Source: Octopus sinensis (lineage: Eukaryota). Taken from it: DNA of 64,000 nucleotides. The position numbers were made by a program, and so were the translations under genes. The notes beneath the pieces are model-generated. The model did no database searches. It was given only the letters and a program-made list of their open reading frames with translations, and was not told the DNA's origin. How positions within the stretch are numbered: the first letter of the stretch is position 1; every line of letters begins with the position of its first letter. Location: the NCBI RefSeq assembly GCF_006345805.1, contig NC_043008.1, positions 11,594,001 through 11,658,000 of the forward strand, in the 5' to 3' direction. Shown one piece after another: positions 39,380-52,255 of the stretch.

Positions 39380-40756
39380 ATAGTGTAAATACATTGTAGT
39401 GTTCCGTAGTGCCTATATAGTAGTAATTTTTTTTCCTCGGATATTATCTTGCACCCCTATATTAGACATTTTTCTTTACAAAAATTGTAAGTGGACATCT
39501 GTTTTTAATTTTGAAATCACAGTTTTTATGTCCAAAACCTTCCTTTGTTTCCATATTTAAGATTCCCATTATAAGGGTTACTTCCCTTCCTCCGATGGTT
39601 GTATGCTTAGCATTATCGTTATTTTAATTGCCACTTTTGTTATTGATTGAATCATTCACTTTGTCCTTATTCCTATTCTGAAATAAGTTATTTTAGTTTT
39701 TATTATTAAGTGCGGATATAATTTGTGCAATCTATTTGAAGCACTAAATCCCGCCTTTAATTGTCATATTAAAATTTCTTCGTGGTATTTGTTTTCCTCT
39801 GTAAATGTATAGAGATGTCCTTATGGAATAGCGTTATTATGTAGGCCTTTATTGTTTCGAAAATGGAATCATGAACCATGCTGTAACATTTTCATAGTAA
39901 TTTCTCTTAGAGTGATCCTATGTTGATTAACTGCATTTATGTGTGGGGTTTACCGTTTTAGAGGATTGCTATGAATACTACTGTTTAGTATGTTGTATTT
40001 TTCAACCTATTTTGGTTTTCGTTTACATATTCACAATTATCATCATTTATGTTTTGTTTCAGGCTTTTCTCCTGTTCTCATATCTTTAACTCTTATAACA
40101 TCTTTGTCGTTTCCATTCCTGTTATATGTGTTTTCTTTGCTTGTTTTTTTCAATTAGTTTCCTGTTATTTTGTCCCATATTACTCCATCCTCTTTCTCAT
40201 TGCGTTCCTTTCCAGGTCATTGTGATCTCATGCATATTTCCTCCTATCCTTTATCTTATTATTGTGAATTTTATTTTGCGTGCAGCTTTTACCATTATAA
40301 TTTCCGTTTGGTCTGCAGTACATCAAATTATGTTTATATTGCTTCGTATTCGCAATGATAGTCCTTATCATTTCCTTAGTTTCCTTAGTTTCATAGTATT
40401 TAAATTTTTGTTTATATCCTGTCTTTCCTAGGGCGATATTATAATACTCAACATTCTGCCGAAACATTTCCTCTTGGGACGAGATATCAGATATTGCTTT
40501 TGATATATTTTCTACTAAAATATGCGTAATGCATTTGGGATGATTACTTTCTATATGGATGTACGTTAGCTTAGTAGTTGGATTATGGTATGTCTAATGT
40601 TTCCCTGTTTCTAGGGTAAAGTTAACATCCAAGAATTTGACGGAATTGTGTTGTTTTTTTATAGGAATGGATAGTCCTATGTTCTTGAAGAATTTCTGAA
40701 ATCTTTGCGCATACATTTCTAATCGCCTATTATATATATATATATATATATATATA

Positions 40757-40795
<39 letters not shown>

Positions 40796-40850
40796 TTTCG
40801 GAAAGAAGATTAAGTGGATATTCTGTCATAATGTAGAGGTTTTACTTAGA
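39380..40850 (-). mobile_element. Penelope-like element remnant (RT C-half/thumb plus GIY-YIG N-part), interrupted by (TA)n at ~40712-40793
   Basis: Minus peptides VKFLDVNFTL, YIHIESNHPKCI, YYNIALGKTGY, AWFMIPFSK, then NCDFKIKNRCPL...NV*YRV...YYYIGTTE (GIY-YIG). Confidence 0.8.
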
Positions 40851-41048
40851 AGTCCTCAAGAGTAACTTGAGACAATAGATATTAATAGGCAATGTGAAGA
40901 AATGAAAGACTTGGTAATTCAATCCGTAAACATGGCAGCGGCTAAACATGGTTTCAAAGGGAAAATGTACATGATAGCATAAGAACGTTAAAACATGCAT
41001 GTATAGGTAAAACCATAATCGAAAATCTGAAGTGGTGATGGAAGCGAA

Positions 41049-41114
<66 letters not shown>

Positions 41115-41620
41115 CATCCATACATACATATATGTAGTTAACAGATATTCTTATAGGTATAAAAATGCAATAAACAATTATAGAGAAATGGAGACAAGAT
41201 TTTGAATAAAAATGAGGTTTAATACGAAATAGTATTCAATTCATACGCGCGTTTCAAAGGACAATACAACTATGTAAGATTAATTTTCTTTCATATTTGT
41301 CTTGTGCTTTGACAGGCACGTATGTATTGAATCCCATTTTGTATTAAATCTAATGATGTTCCAACATCTTTTTCGCCTCCATTTTTCTATAATTGTTTAT
41401 GGAAATTTTATACTTATAACGATATTTTTCAACTGCTATTTTATTTTCTTATTATTTGCTCTGGCTAGTTTTATGAATATGATGAATGCTTATTAGAATC
41501 ATTCTTTCTCTCTTTTTGGACGTCTCAAAATGTTTGAATTGTTCGCTTTTGAACTTACTTTTTCATACATATATGTGTGTGCGTATTCATGCACATGTAT
41601 GTTTATTATGAGTATATATG

Positions 41621-41689
<69 letters not shown>

Positions 41690-41961
41690 CTGTGTGTGTG
41701 GTGTGTGTGTGTAAGTGTATAACACCCTCACACTCTATCTTACCCGTTTCTATAATTTGCGCTTTCTTTCTTCACTCTAACTGCTTCTGATCATGAACTA
41801 AATATAAACGCTCCATCCAGACGTAAAATCTGTATCATCCAATATCTCTGTCTGAAGAATTTTTAATAGAGATTTCCTTACCTGTCTGTCTAGCATGTAA
41901 AACTATGTAACTCCTATTAGCAAATGAAACGTGTAATGGTAAATAAATGATACCAATAAAG

Positions 41962-42135
41962 TTTCTAACGACCTTTGCTTTTTCCTTGGACAACATCGGT
42001 GGCAGGAAGCAGGGAAACTGGTCACCATGGGCGATGGGGAGAGGGGAGACTTCCACAAAACCACCCTGCCCAGATTTGTGCCTCAGAGGGGAAACTTTCT
42101 ATGTTCAATCTCATGATATTCGTGACTGAAGGTGC
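41962..42135 (+). mobile_element. SINE family G, 3' part
   Basis: ttggacaacatcggtggc...ccctgcccagatttgtgcctcagaggggaaactttcta...gtgactgaagg. Confidence 0.7.
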
Positions 42136-42511
42136 TGGTGTGTACCTTATAGCTATGTATGTGTGTATGTGTATTTGCGTGTTTGTGTGTACCTGTGTGA
42201 CTGCATGTGTTTATACATGTGATATAAGAACCTCCATTATTTTTGTATAAGTAGCATATCACTAAAAGCAGTAGGCAAAACAAGTTACTGTAAAATTAAT
42301 TGCTTAGATTTTGAATCTATAGAAGAGTATGATTGTATTTCTCAAATACCAAATCAGCTTTGGAACACTTATTGATTCTCAGAGCATCTGCGCCAAAGTC
42401 AACACCGAAGCGAGGGAAAGTAAGAATATACACGTCTGAGACTAACAATTATATAGACATTAGTCTCTTATGCTTTTCTCTTTCCGCTGTCACAAGTTCT
42501 GGTGGATGCAT

Positions 42512-42862
42512 ACGTATGTATGTATGTATGTATGTATGTATGTATGTATGTATGTATGTATGTCTGTATGTATGTATGTATTTATGCATGCATGCATGTA
42601 TGTATGTATGTATGTATGTATGTATGTATGTATGTATGCATGCATGCATGCATGCATGCATGTATGTATGTATGTATGTATGTATGTATGTATGTATGTA
42701 TGCATGCATGCATGTATGTATGCATGCATGTATGTATATATGTATGTATGTATGTAAGTATGTATGTATGCATGCATGCATGTATGTATGTATGTATGTA
42801 TGTATGTATGTATGTATGTGTGTATGTATGTATGTATGCATGCATGCATGTATGTATGTATG

Positions 42863-42896
<34 letters not shown>

Positions 42897-43005
42897 TTAT
42901 GCATGCATGCATGTATGTATGCATGTATGTATATATGTATGTATGTGTGTATGCATGCATGCATGTATGTATGTATGTATGCATGCATGCATGTATGTAT
43001 GTATG

Positions 43006-43037
<32 letters not shown>

Positions 43038-43100
43038 TGTATGTATGTATGTATGTATGTATGTATGTATATGTAAGTATGTATGTATGTATGCATGTAT
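42512..43100. repeat. ~590 bp (TATG)n/(CATG)n mosaic tetranucleotide array
   Basis: Direct reading; source of eight overlapping MYVC/HTYI ORFs. Confidence 0.97.
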
Positions 43101-43134
43101 GTATTTATTCATTTATAGGTAGATGCATGTTTTA

Positions 43135-43258
43135 GCGTTAGGGCATTGGCCTTACTGTCATGAGGTTGTGATTTCGATTCCCTCCCCGGGCTATGTATTG
43201 TGTTATTGGATAAGGCCCTATTATTGCATGTTGCTCCAGTTCATTCAGCTCTAAATCT
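43135..43258 (+). mobile_element. SINE 5' fragment (tRNA head plus CORE-like), degraded
   Basis: gttagggcattggccttactgtcatgaggttgtgatttcgattcc...tgttgctccagttcattcagct. Confidence 0.6.
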
Positions 43259-43488
43259 ATTTTAACTATGTTGTTTTTTTACTTCCCTTTCCTGCAGCAG
43301 CGACGGGTGAAGAACAATGAGAAGAACGTTTTCCAGAGCTCTTCAGAGAGGAGTTTTTTATAAGGCTGTTATTACTCTTAGATTTGTCGTTGGTATATTG
43401 TAACCAGTTGTAGCATAAAGGGACAATATTCTAGGCGGTGTTCACGCACGATTCTACTGTTCATTTTCTGTTGTATATTATAGCCAAA

Positions 43489-43875
43489 GTGGAAGCGCAA
43501 TGGCCCGGTGGTTAGGGCAGCGGACTCGCGGTCATAGGATCGCGGTATCGATTCCCAGACCGGGCATTGTGAGTGTTTATTGAGCGAAAACACCTAAAGC
43601 TCCACGAGTCTCCGGCAGGGGATGGTGGTGATCCCTGCTGTACTCTTTCACCACAACTTTCTCTCACTCTTACTTCCTGTTTCTGTTGTACCTGTATTTC
43701 AAAGGGCCGGCCTTGTCACTCTCTGTGTCACGCTGAATATCCCCGAGAACTACGTTAAGGGTACACGTGTTTGTGGAGTACTCAGCCACTTACACGTTAA
43801 TTTCACGAGCAGGCCGTTCCGCTGATTGGGATCAACCGGAACCCTCGTCGTCGTAACCGACGCAGTGCTTCGATA
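43489..43875 (+). mobile_element. SINE family C, full-length
   Basis: Near-identical to 29783-30171; TSD attatagccaa / attagagccaa. Confidence 0.92.
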
Positions 43876-44399
43876 ATTAGAGCCAAGACACTTAAATGAA
43901 TTGATGGCAGTATAGCTTGTAGTAGTGATGCCGATGTTTGTGTTAACGTTCCTTCTGCTACCGTTACAGCTACATCGGCAGAGTAGTTGCGGATGCAGTT
44001 TTGTTGTGAGGAAATATTTACCATTTTAAATTTTAAACTAGAAGACAAAAAACTGTGGTTCGGGAATATGGGTGTGGGACGTTTCTTCTTCATATCCACC
44101 GGCTATTTCTTATTTTACACAACCACCTCTATTCTCCCCCACCTGGCGGTATTTACTCGAGTAGTAATTAAAATATAAATCCAAACAACAGTTTTTTTTT
44201 TTTTTCAAAATTACTTCGTCAACAAAATATAATGGGCGGTCTTCACTTCCCACTCATTTTTTTTAGAAACGTATATATCTGAAATATACAATAAGAAAAG
44301 AGAAAAATCTTCCCCAACAACACGAATTTTAAAGAAACACGCGTTAGCTTTCATAATATCAGTAATATAAGAATAATAAAAATAATATTTATTTAAAAT

Positions 44400-44535
44400 T
44401 TTGGCACAAGGCCAGCAATTTCGGAGGATTACATCGACTCAAGTGTTCAAATGGTAGTTATTTTATCGTCCCCGAAGCATGAAAAGCAAAGTCACCCTGG
44501 GAGGAATTCGAAATCGGAATATAGACGGAGGTTAT
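44400..44535 (-). mobile_element. SINE family A, degraded (alternative tail)
   Basis: ttttatcgtccccgaagcatgaaaagcaaagtc. Confidence 0.65.
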
Positions 44536-44819
44536 GCCTCTAAGAATCTTCTGAACACTTGCTTTTGTCTAATAGATATCCAGTACTCTGGTTGTATGAG
44601 TTTCTGCATACGACATTTATTTTCAAAAGTGTTCGTTAATTACTTTTTCCTGGCAGTCATCCAAACTTCATGTTGGTAGATTCCCTTCAGATGTTCCTTT
44701 TTGTGATGTTACAGTTACTTTAATGTTTATAGCGATCATTTTTTTTCAATTGGTTAATCCTAGGGTAACATCAGGAAGCAACATTGAGAATATGTAAGGT
44801 GAAATTGTACTGTAGTTCG

Positions 44820-45468
44820 AAGTTAGGGCTTCTATTTCTTACTTATTTCAGTTATCAGACTGCGGCCATGCTGAGGCACAACGAATCGCGCCCCGTACTA
44901 TTATTATTTTTTTTTTTACTTTTAGAAGCTTGCTATTTATTCTATCGCTGTGTTTTGCGGAACAGCTACGTTACGAGGACGTATACACAGCGGCACCAGT
45001 TCTTAAGCGGTTATAGGGGGCGAGCTGGCAGAAACGTTAGCACGCCGGGCGAAATGCTTAGCGGCATTTCGTCTGCGTTACGTTGTGAGTTCAAATTCCG
45101 CCGAGGTCGACTTTGCCTTTCATCCTTTCGGGGTCGATAAATTAAGTACCAGTTACGCACTGGGGTCGATGTAATCGACTTAATACCTATGTCTGTCCTT
45201 GTTTGTCCCCTCTGTGTTTAGCCCCTTGTGGGTAATAAAGAAATAGGTTATAGGGGGAGAAACAGAAACACTAACACGCACACATACACACATGCACACA
45301 CACACACACACGCACACATACATACGACGGGATTCTTCCAGTTTCCCTCTGCCAAATCGGCTTTGGTCGGCACTAGGCTATAGTAGATAACATTTTTCCA
45401 AACTGCTTTGCAGTGAAACTGAATTCGGAAAAATGTAGTTGGGAAACAAGCGTCGTAACACACAGCCT
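44820..45468 (-). mobile_element. SINE family B copy split by a family A insertion
   Basis: 3' part at 44820-45008 and 5' part at 45258-45468 (cagtttccctctgccaaat...gctttggtcggc..ggctatagtaga). Confidence 0.7.
45017..45245 (+). mobile_element. SINE family A, full-length with TSD
   Basis: ggttataggggg at 45009-45020 and 45246-45257; B box gagttcaaattcc; central gactttgcctttcatcctttcggggtcgataaattaagtacc (Meta-domain-like, recalled). Confidence 0.92.
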
Positions 45469-46877
45469 AACGTTACGCAACTTTTCCTTTATTTGTGTTG
45501 ATTCCAGTTTTTAGCTGGAATAAATAAGCTGGATTTGCTCATTGTATTGCGTTGTTGCAGAGTATTGTAGAAGACTCATGTGTTTAAGGTGATATCATTA
45601 CGTTTCTGTCAAGCACGTTATATATTTCTTGCCATAATTAATCACATCCTTCTTGTGACAAGATATCAGATGTTACGTTTCATTATAACTAATTACAGTT
45701 GAGAACATTTATATTTCCGATGTACAGCATATTGAAGAGTAAACTTTGTAATATCATTTTAGAATTATTTAACAACATACTTTACAACTAAGCTACGAAA
45801 CAGAGATAGATAGAGAGTGAGAGATGGTTGAATTTATAATTATCATTCGATCGAATTCAAGAAAAATATAGAAAAAGACAATAAAGAAGATGATAAAAGT
45901 GAAATACATGAAAGATAAAATATATGATAATATGAAATAAAATAAAACAATTTCTATTGGAGATTTTCTATGGTGTAGAAATATATTTGAAGTTGAAGTA
46001 TTTTAAATAGACGCCAAGGAATATCGAAAAAATAAATAAATGAAATAAGGATTGACTCTTGATAAAGAATGATTCAGCTGTAAAGAAATAAATGCCTGTG
46101 AAGCAAATCAATAAATATCTCTTGAAGTTTGGCAAGATCCCCGGACGATACTAGAAAACGAGTGTCGAGTAGAAAATTGCCTGTTTTCTGGTCATTAACG
46201 TCGAAGTGATTCAATTGTTTTGAATAAGTTTAAATCTGAATGCATTCACACATGGAAATGAGACCTTAAAAATTGATTACCTCACATTATTTAAGACGTC
46301 TCGGGACATAATTACTTGTGAGAAGCTTTATATATTTATTTATGTTTTATTACGTTTGTACAATGCCACAGGTTTATATATTTATTCTTCTATTATTTAT
46401 ATACATTTACATATACAATACATAAATTATATATGTAAACCTCGGAAATTCACTGCGAGCTTAATAAAAATATGAATATATCTTTATAAATATCTGTAAT
46501 TATAGACGACATCAATACCGCTCCAGTGCGTATGGCATACTCTAAAGAAAACTGATATCTTATGATATTGATATCAAATACAGTGCTTTTATAAGTTTTC
46601 TACATAATTCTGCTTAAAAATGTTTATTTAGATACAAGCTACACATATAGATAAATACATGACCGCGTTTAATGATTTAGTGTGTGACCGCGTTATACAT
46701 AGTTATACATCCAGGATTTTAGTTGCTGTCAGTTAAGTAAAATGTGAACTCGCCACGCTAAGAATGATCAACCCAACATTTCGACTAGTCTATACACACA
46801 TCTCTCTTTCTCACTCCTTCTCTCTATCACACACACACACACACACACACACACATCTGTATACATATGTACATGTA

Positions 46878-47245
46878 TGGCTTCCGAACCACATGGTTTT
46901 GAGTTGACTAACACTGCGTGGCATCTTGGGAACCGATTTCTTCAATAGCCTAAAGCTGACCAAATCCTTGTGAGCGTATTTCGTAAACAGAAATGACTAG
47001 AAGCCCGGTGTGTACATACGCGCACGTAATATATATATGCAATGTGTGTTCGATCCCCACCGGTGGTTTTAACTATCGTGAATTTTCGTCCCTGTAGCTA
47101 GCGTTTCGGTTAAAAGAAAAACCAAAGATGATACAATAAATACCAAGTTTTTTTAAAAAAACTGTACTGAGGTAGAATTGTTCACCTAAGTTTTTACAAG
47201 GTGGTGCCCCAGCATGGCCGCAGTCTAATTACTGAAAGAAATAAA
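46878..47245 (+). mobile_element. SINE family B, old degraded copy
   Basis: gaccaaatccttgtgagcgtatttcgtaaacagaaa...ggtggtgccccagcatggccgcagtc. Confidence 0.7.
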
Positions 47246-47919
47246 AAAAGGAAGTTTCTGAGCGTGGTTACTTTTACATACTTAAATGCTACTTTTTTAG
47301 TCATTATGCTAGAAATTAACTCCTACCACGGCCAGCTCTGAAATATTTAAATGAAGTAATATGACTCCGTAATAACTTTTAAGTGCAAAAGCAGCAATTT
47401 TTTAATACATTACAATCCACATCAATAAACCAAATAATGCTGCTGTACAAAGACAGCTTCAGTAGGAATTTATAGACATCATGCTGACCATTTATAAATG
47501 AAGACCAATAAGCACGTCTGTCTTATAAAGCAAAACTTTACAAACTCTTTGAAGTCGTTCTCGTGAAACCTACCGACTTTTTATTATATGATATAGACAT
47601 GTAAAACCTTGCTTCAGGAAGTCAACTGAAATATTTTTTATTGTTTCATGTGATGTAATATATCGAAACAATGTGATTCTAGGTGATACAATTTACAAGT
47701 CATTAAGTTTTGGCTGGAAATTTTTTCTAACCAAATGTCTGAAAGAACAGAGAAGCAAATATCATTACGGGAATGAAACCAATTCTAAATTCTAAAAAAT
47801 ACAAAATTCTTTTTCGACGGTGTCATTTGCTAACGGATACTGGGGGTCCTGAACGTAGTGGCCATCCCAGCAGCAGTAAATGCAGCGCACTTAATGTTAA
47901 TATCATTTGTCTTTAAATT

Positions 47920-48190
47920 GCTTCAGTCATTACACCACGCCCATGTTGGAGCACCACCTCGAAGAATTTTAGACGAACGAGTTGTTTCCAGCACTTAATA
48001 TTTTAAGCCTGTTTTTCATGCTCTCGTTCTATTTTCTCGAGCCCTTGGTCACGGAGTCGTAAACTCACCAAAGCCAGCTATGAAGCAGCGTTGGGGGACA
48101 AAAGCAATGATACACACACACACATATCGATTATGTCTATTACTCTTTTATTCTTTTACTTGTTTCAATCATACGACTACGGCCATGATG
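47920..48190 (-). mobile_element. SINE family B, 3' fragments, degraded
   Basis: ttcagtcatt...catgttggagcaccacc and cttttacttgtttcaatcat...ggccatg. Confidence 0.6.
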
Positions 48191-48408
48191 TATCACTATA
48201 TATATATGTGTGTGTGTGTATGTATATGTATGCATATATATATATATATATATACACAAGGAGAGAAAAATGTGAGCAGTGGCTACCGACTGCCGGATAG
48301 AAAGGTAACATTGGAGAGCAAAGAAGTAGGGGAGATAACAAAGTCAAGGTGATCCCCTTGTGTGTAAGAGTAAGTATGTGCGTGTGAAAGAAGGATGGTG
48401 GTCTTGAC

Positions 48409-48456
<48 letters not shown>

Positions 48457-49261
48457 ACGCGCATATATTTACGTATATATATATGTGTGTATGTTTTTCT
48501 GTCTGTATGTGTGTGTATGTATGGGTGTTTCTGTGTGTGTGTGTGTGTGTATGTGTGTATGCATGTATTTGTCGCAAGAGTGAATTAAGAATAGACGGGA
48601 TAAAAAGAGAGGCCGTATATCTAGTTTTATACTTTAATATTTTGACATTAAGATTAACGATAAAAATTTTTCAAGCTTATTAATTTGAATAGAGTGTGTA
48701 ACCTTTGTATTTTCGAATTTAGTTTACTAGTCTATTATATGAGGCATATATTCTTGTGTAATTCTGTAGTACACCAATTCGGCACATATTTCTATAGAAA
48801 CAGGAGTGTGCAAAGAGCAGAGAGACAAGATACGCAATCCTGCCGTCTCTTTGAATGGTGAAATTTGAATTATTGATTGTAGATATTTTATCAATATTTT
48901 TAATTTGGTTCAAGCATTTTGTTTTCTTTATGTTTCAATTTTTTGTTCAGATTTATCAACAAATACTGAAGGTAATTTTAAATTTGTTAATTAGATTTAT
49001 TGATTTTGTTATTAGTGTTATTTGTCTCCGAAAGTCAATGAGTTGGATGAATTCTAATATCGAACGAATCGAATAGTCGTTTGTGTAGAAATTCTGTTGT
49101 AGCAAGTATTGGCAATACCGTCGAATATTCTTCTCGACTGCTCATCAGAATGGATCACATTTTTGTATTGCAGAAAATTGAATGGAAGTCTCATGATAAT
49201 GTTTTCCGAGCAGCATATCTTTCAAAACAAGGGCAACCATGGTTATTTTTTTTTTCTTAAA

Positions 49262-49650
49262 GACTCTTTCCGTCTTAACGCTCTAATTCAAATTCCGCTG
49301 AGGCCGACTTTGCATTTCATCCTTCCGGGGTCGTTAAAAAATTACCAGTTGAGAACTTGAGTTGATACAATGTACTAAACTCTCCACCAAAATGTCAGGT
49401 CTTGTGTCTATAATTGGAAGAATTATTGAAGACCCTCAAAGCTGGTTGCTGGCAGAATCGTTAGCACGCCACACAGAATGCATAGCGCTATTTCGTCCAT
49501 CATTTCGTTTTGAGTACAGACTTTACTGAGTCTACCTTACCTCTCATCCTTTCCGGGTTGATGAAATAAATACTAGTTGATCACAGGTGTCGAAGTAGTC
49601 GACTATTGCCCTGTCCCCAAATTTCATGTATTTTGCCTGTATTAGAATGA
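49262..49650 (+). mobile_element. Two adjacent degraded family A copies
   Basis: gactttgcatttcatccttccggggtcg (49307) and gctggcagaatcgttagcacgcc...tcatcctttccgggttgatgaaata (49448-49570). Confidence 0.75.
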
Positions 49651-50964
49651 ATTAGTAGGGTACTTCGTCCGTAATTAACGCATATTTCCTCCTATAGTGT
49701 AGACTTTGGCCAATACTATCCAATGTGAATTTTCCCCCTTCTGTAGGCTTTCCGTGTATGGCTGCGAGCTGCTTTATTGTTATTCGTAAAGTTTTGTCTT
49801 TTTACCTATGTAAATTAACACTTTTCATTTGAATTCACTTATTGTTTAAGGCCGTTTATGTCTTGTAAGCAAGATGGAAGCTATACTTCGAAATCAATTT
49901 TTGGTGCTTATCTTTCATTTCAGCCAGAAATCTTGTAAAAGTCTTTGGGAAACATAAGAGTATATCCGACCACTTTCATTCAAAATTATATATACATAAA
50001 AAAAATCAATTACTTATTTTTAACTTTACTTCTTGGAGTTGCACGGAATATTAAGTTTGAAGATAAACACTGGAATTTTACGATTTTAGTAGAATATCTA
50101 TTAAATATTCATCTTTTAAATAGGTTTCCTTTTCTGGGAAAATAATTCTTTATTATATACTACACTGAAAATTCTTATTTAATAAGAACAATATCTTGAG
50201 TTATTTTGGTGATTCATTTCAGAAAACAAAACACTTTTGGAAGAGAGAAAGTTTTTGAAGCCAACTAGATTCGTTTCATTCTTGTAAACAATAGTCTAAT
50301 ATATTTTATGTGTTTTATTCAGTAAGAGTTGATTTTATTGTTAGTTATAGAACAGCTAAGATAGAATTTATGTTCATTTGCGTCAACCGATGTCTGATTA
50401 TTTATTCATCACGAAAAGTTTTTATATATATGGCATAGAACTTTGCCGACGAAATAATTTGTTAGTTTCATTTAAATGAAGTTTCTCATAAATAAATGGA
50501 GGTTGTGCAGCTTTAAGTCCGTTGTTTTTGCGATTGAGAACTGTAAAAGTAGATAGTCGATGAGTGGAGAGATTCAATGGAGAACAGATGTTTGGAAATT
50601 CGGTTGGTGCGAATCCAAATGGGGCAGACATAGTGGAGTTGAGTAGCTTTAGTTATAGCTAATAAAGAATCAATAAGTTCAGTAGATCAATATTCACATT
50701 CATATAGCTGTCTCATTAAAGCAGCAGACATTTTATGCGACAGAGTATTCCGGATACCTCCGATAATATCACGAGTACTGGACTCAAAATGTACGAAATC
50801 AGTTCGTATTTACTCTCTTCCGATACTAATACTACAACGAAACAGTCGTAAAGATTATCGTGATTAATAATGCAGCAGTTAGATATCGGTCTTATCTATG
50901 TATGTTCTCAATACGCTACTTTTCCCAAACCCACAGGCTATTCATATTCCTAAACTTAACATTT

Positions 50965-51270
50965 GTTGTTGTTTGTTCCTTCTCGAGCCACTCCTGGCTC
51001 ATAAGGGCCAGTTTCCCGGTTTCCTTGGTGTATAGATTCCCCACCTGGACAGGACGCCGGTCCCTCGCAGGTGAGCTGCAAGATGCAAGAGGAAATAGTG
51101 AGAGGAAATTGTGGCGAAAGAATCAGCAGAGGTTCGCCATTACTTTCTGCCGGAGCCGCGTGGAGCTTAGGTGTTTCGCTCATAAACACACACACCGCCC
51201 GGTCTGAGATTCGAACCCACGATCCCTCGACCGCGAGTCCGCTGCTCTAACCACTAGGCCATGTGCCTCC
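50965..51270 (-). mobile_element. SINE family C' (family C head, different 3' half, (AAC)n tail), 13 bp TSD
   Basis: TSD aaacttaacattt at 50952-50964 and 51271-51283; head ggaggcacatggcctagtggttagagcagcggactcgcgg. Confidence 0.9.
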
Positions 51271-52084
51271 AAACTTAACATTTACCTATATGTAAATACC
51301 CTTTAATAATCTGATCATCTCTTCATCTGATATATCTAATATCTGCTTAACGACACCTGAATTTCCATAATACACGAGATGCGGCCCACATATTAATACA
51401 ACAAATCCACAATCATCTACATGTGTATTTGAAACTCTGGCTGCATCTTCGTTGAGTGTTCGCGTGCGATCGACGCAAGACACTTACAAGTGTCACTTAG
51501 GGACTATCGCTCAAGTCATGTTACTACTCATTGCCAAAGTAACCAAATCTTCAACATTATCTTAAAACCGCAGGTCGAGATCATTTGGGAGCAGAGAACA
51601 GCGATTCACAGAATTAATGGGTCAGCGCACAAACTGGTTGGTACGTATCTCACTGCAAGAATAATGAGAGTAAAAAAAACAGTTGATTTATTGGCTCAGT
51701 ATGACAGGTGTAGATAAATTCATATAACAGTGAAGCAAGAACATTTTAGTGCAAATGGTAGAAGAGAGACAGCACATAGGTGAGTTAGAGCTGGTGAGTT
51801 ATGTACTCTTTGGGTGTTGTAGAGAATATGTGTGGATATAAGAAACAACATCACGGCCCCAAATATACTGAAATTTGAATGAAACTGTGTAACAAATTTT
51901 CTTATTTTTCTTTGGTTAGTGAGTGTTATTTCCTATTTGCTTCTATCTAGAAATCAAAGTAAATAACGACTATTCCCTTCAAACTTTGCTGTTCTGACAT
52001 GGACATCAATGTCTTGAAACGAACTTAATTTCTGATACATTTGAGACAGAATCAGCGCTGAGATGATGCTAAAGCGGAAATATC

Positions 52085-52255
52085 GTTATAGCAAATATTC
52101 TGCTTAATGCCATAGATTTGCTAGTCACTTGTTTGACATTAACCATTTGAGCATGTATCTTTATTGACCGACAGTATGTGCATCTCTCATCATGAGCAAG
52201 AGTAGTGAGGGAGCATCATAGCCATGTTTGAGAGGGATTCTTTGAGGTTTGAATA
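52085..52255 (+). mobile_element. Repeat F, 5' fragment
   Basis: Aligns to the reverse complement of ~9330-9460. Confidence 0.6.

Noticed and set aside
43929-43980. miRNA-like hairpin (TGCCGATGT/ACATCGGCA)
   Set aside because: Only 9+5 bp pair, with a large internal loop; insufficient without small-RNA data.
47770-47870. mariner HTH-like peptide FRR…PERSGHP
   Set aside because: A single short motif with no TIR or further transposase motifs visible.
48720-49200. Possible GIY-YIG remnant and a CUGAUGA on the minus strand
   Set aside because: No GAAA or stems after the core, and the peptide resemblance is weak.
51286-51483. Protein-like minus-strand ORF (DDCGFVVLICGPHL…)
   Set aside because: Non-ATG start, unrecognised sequence and ambiguous splice sites.
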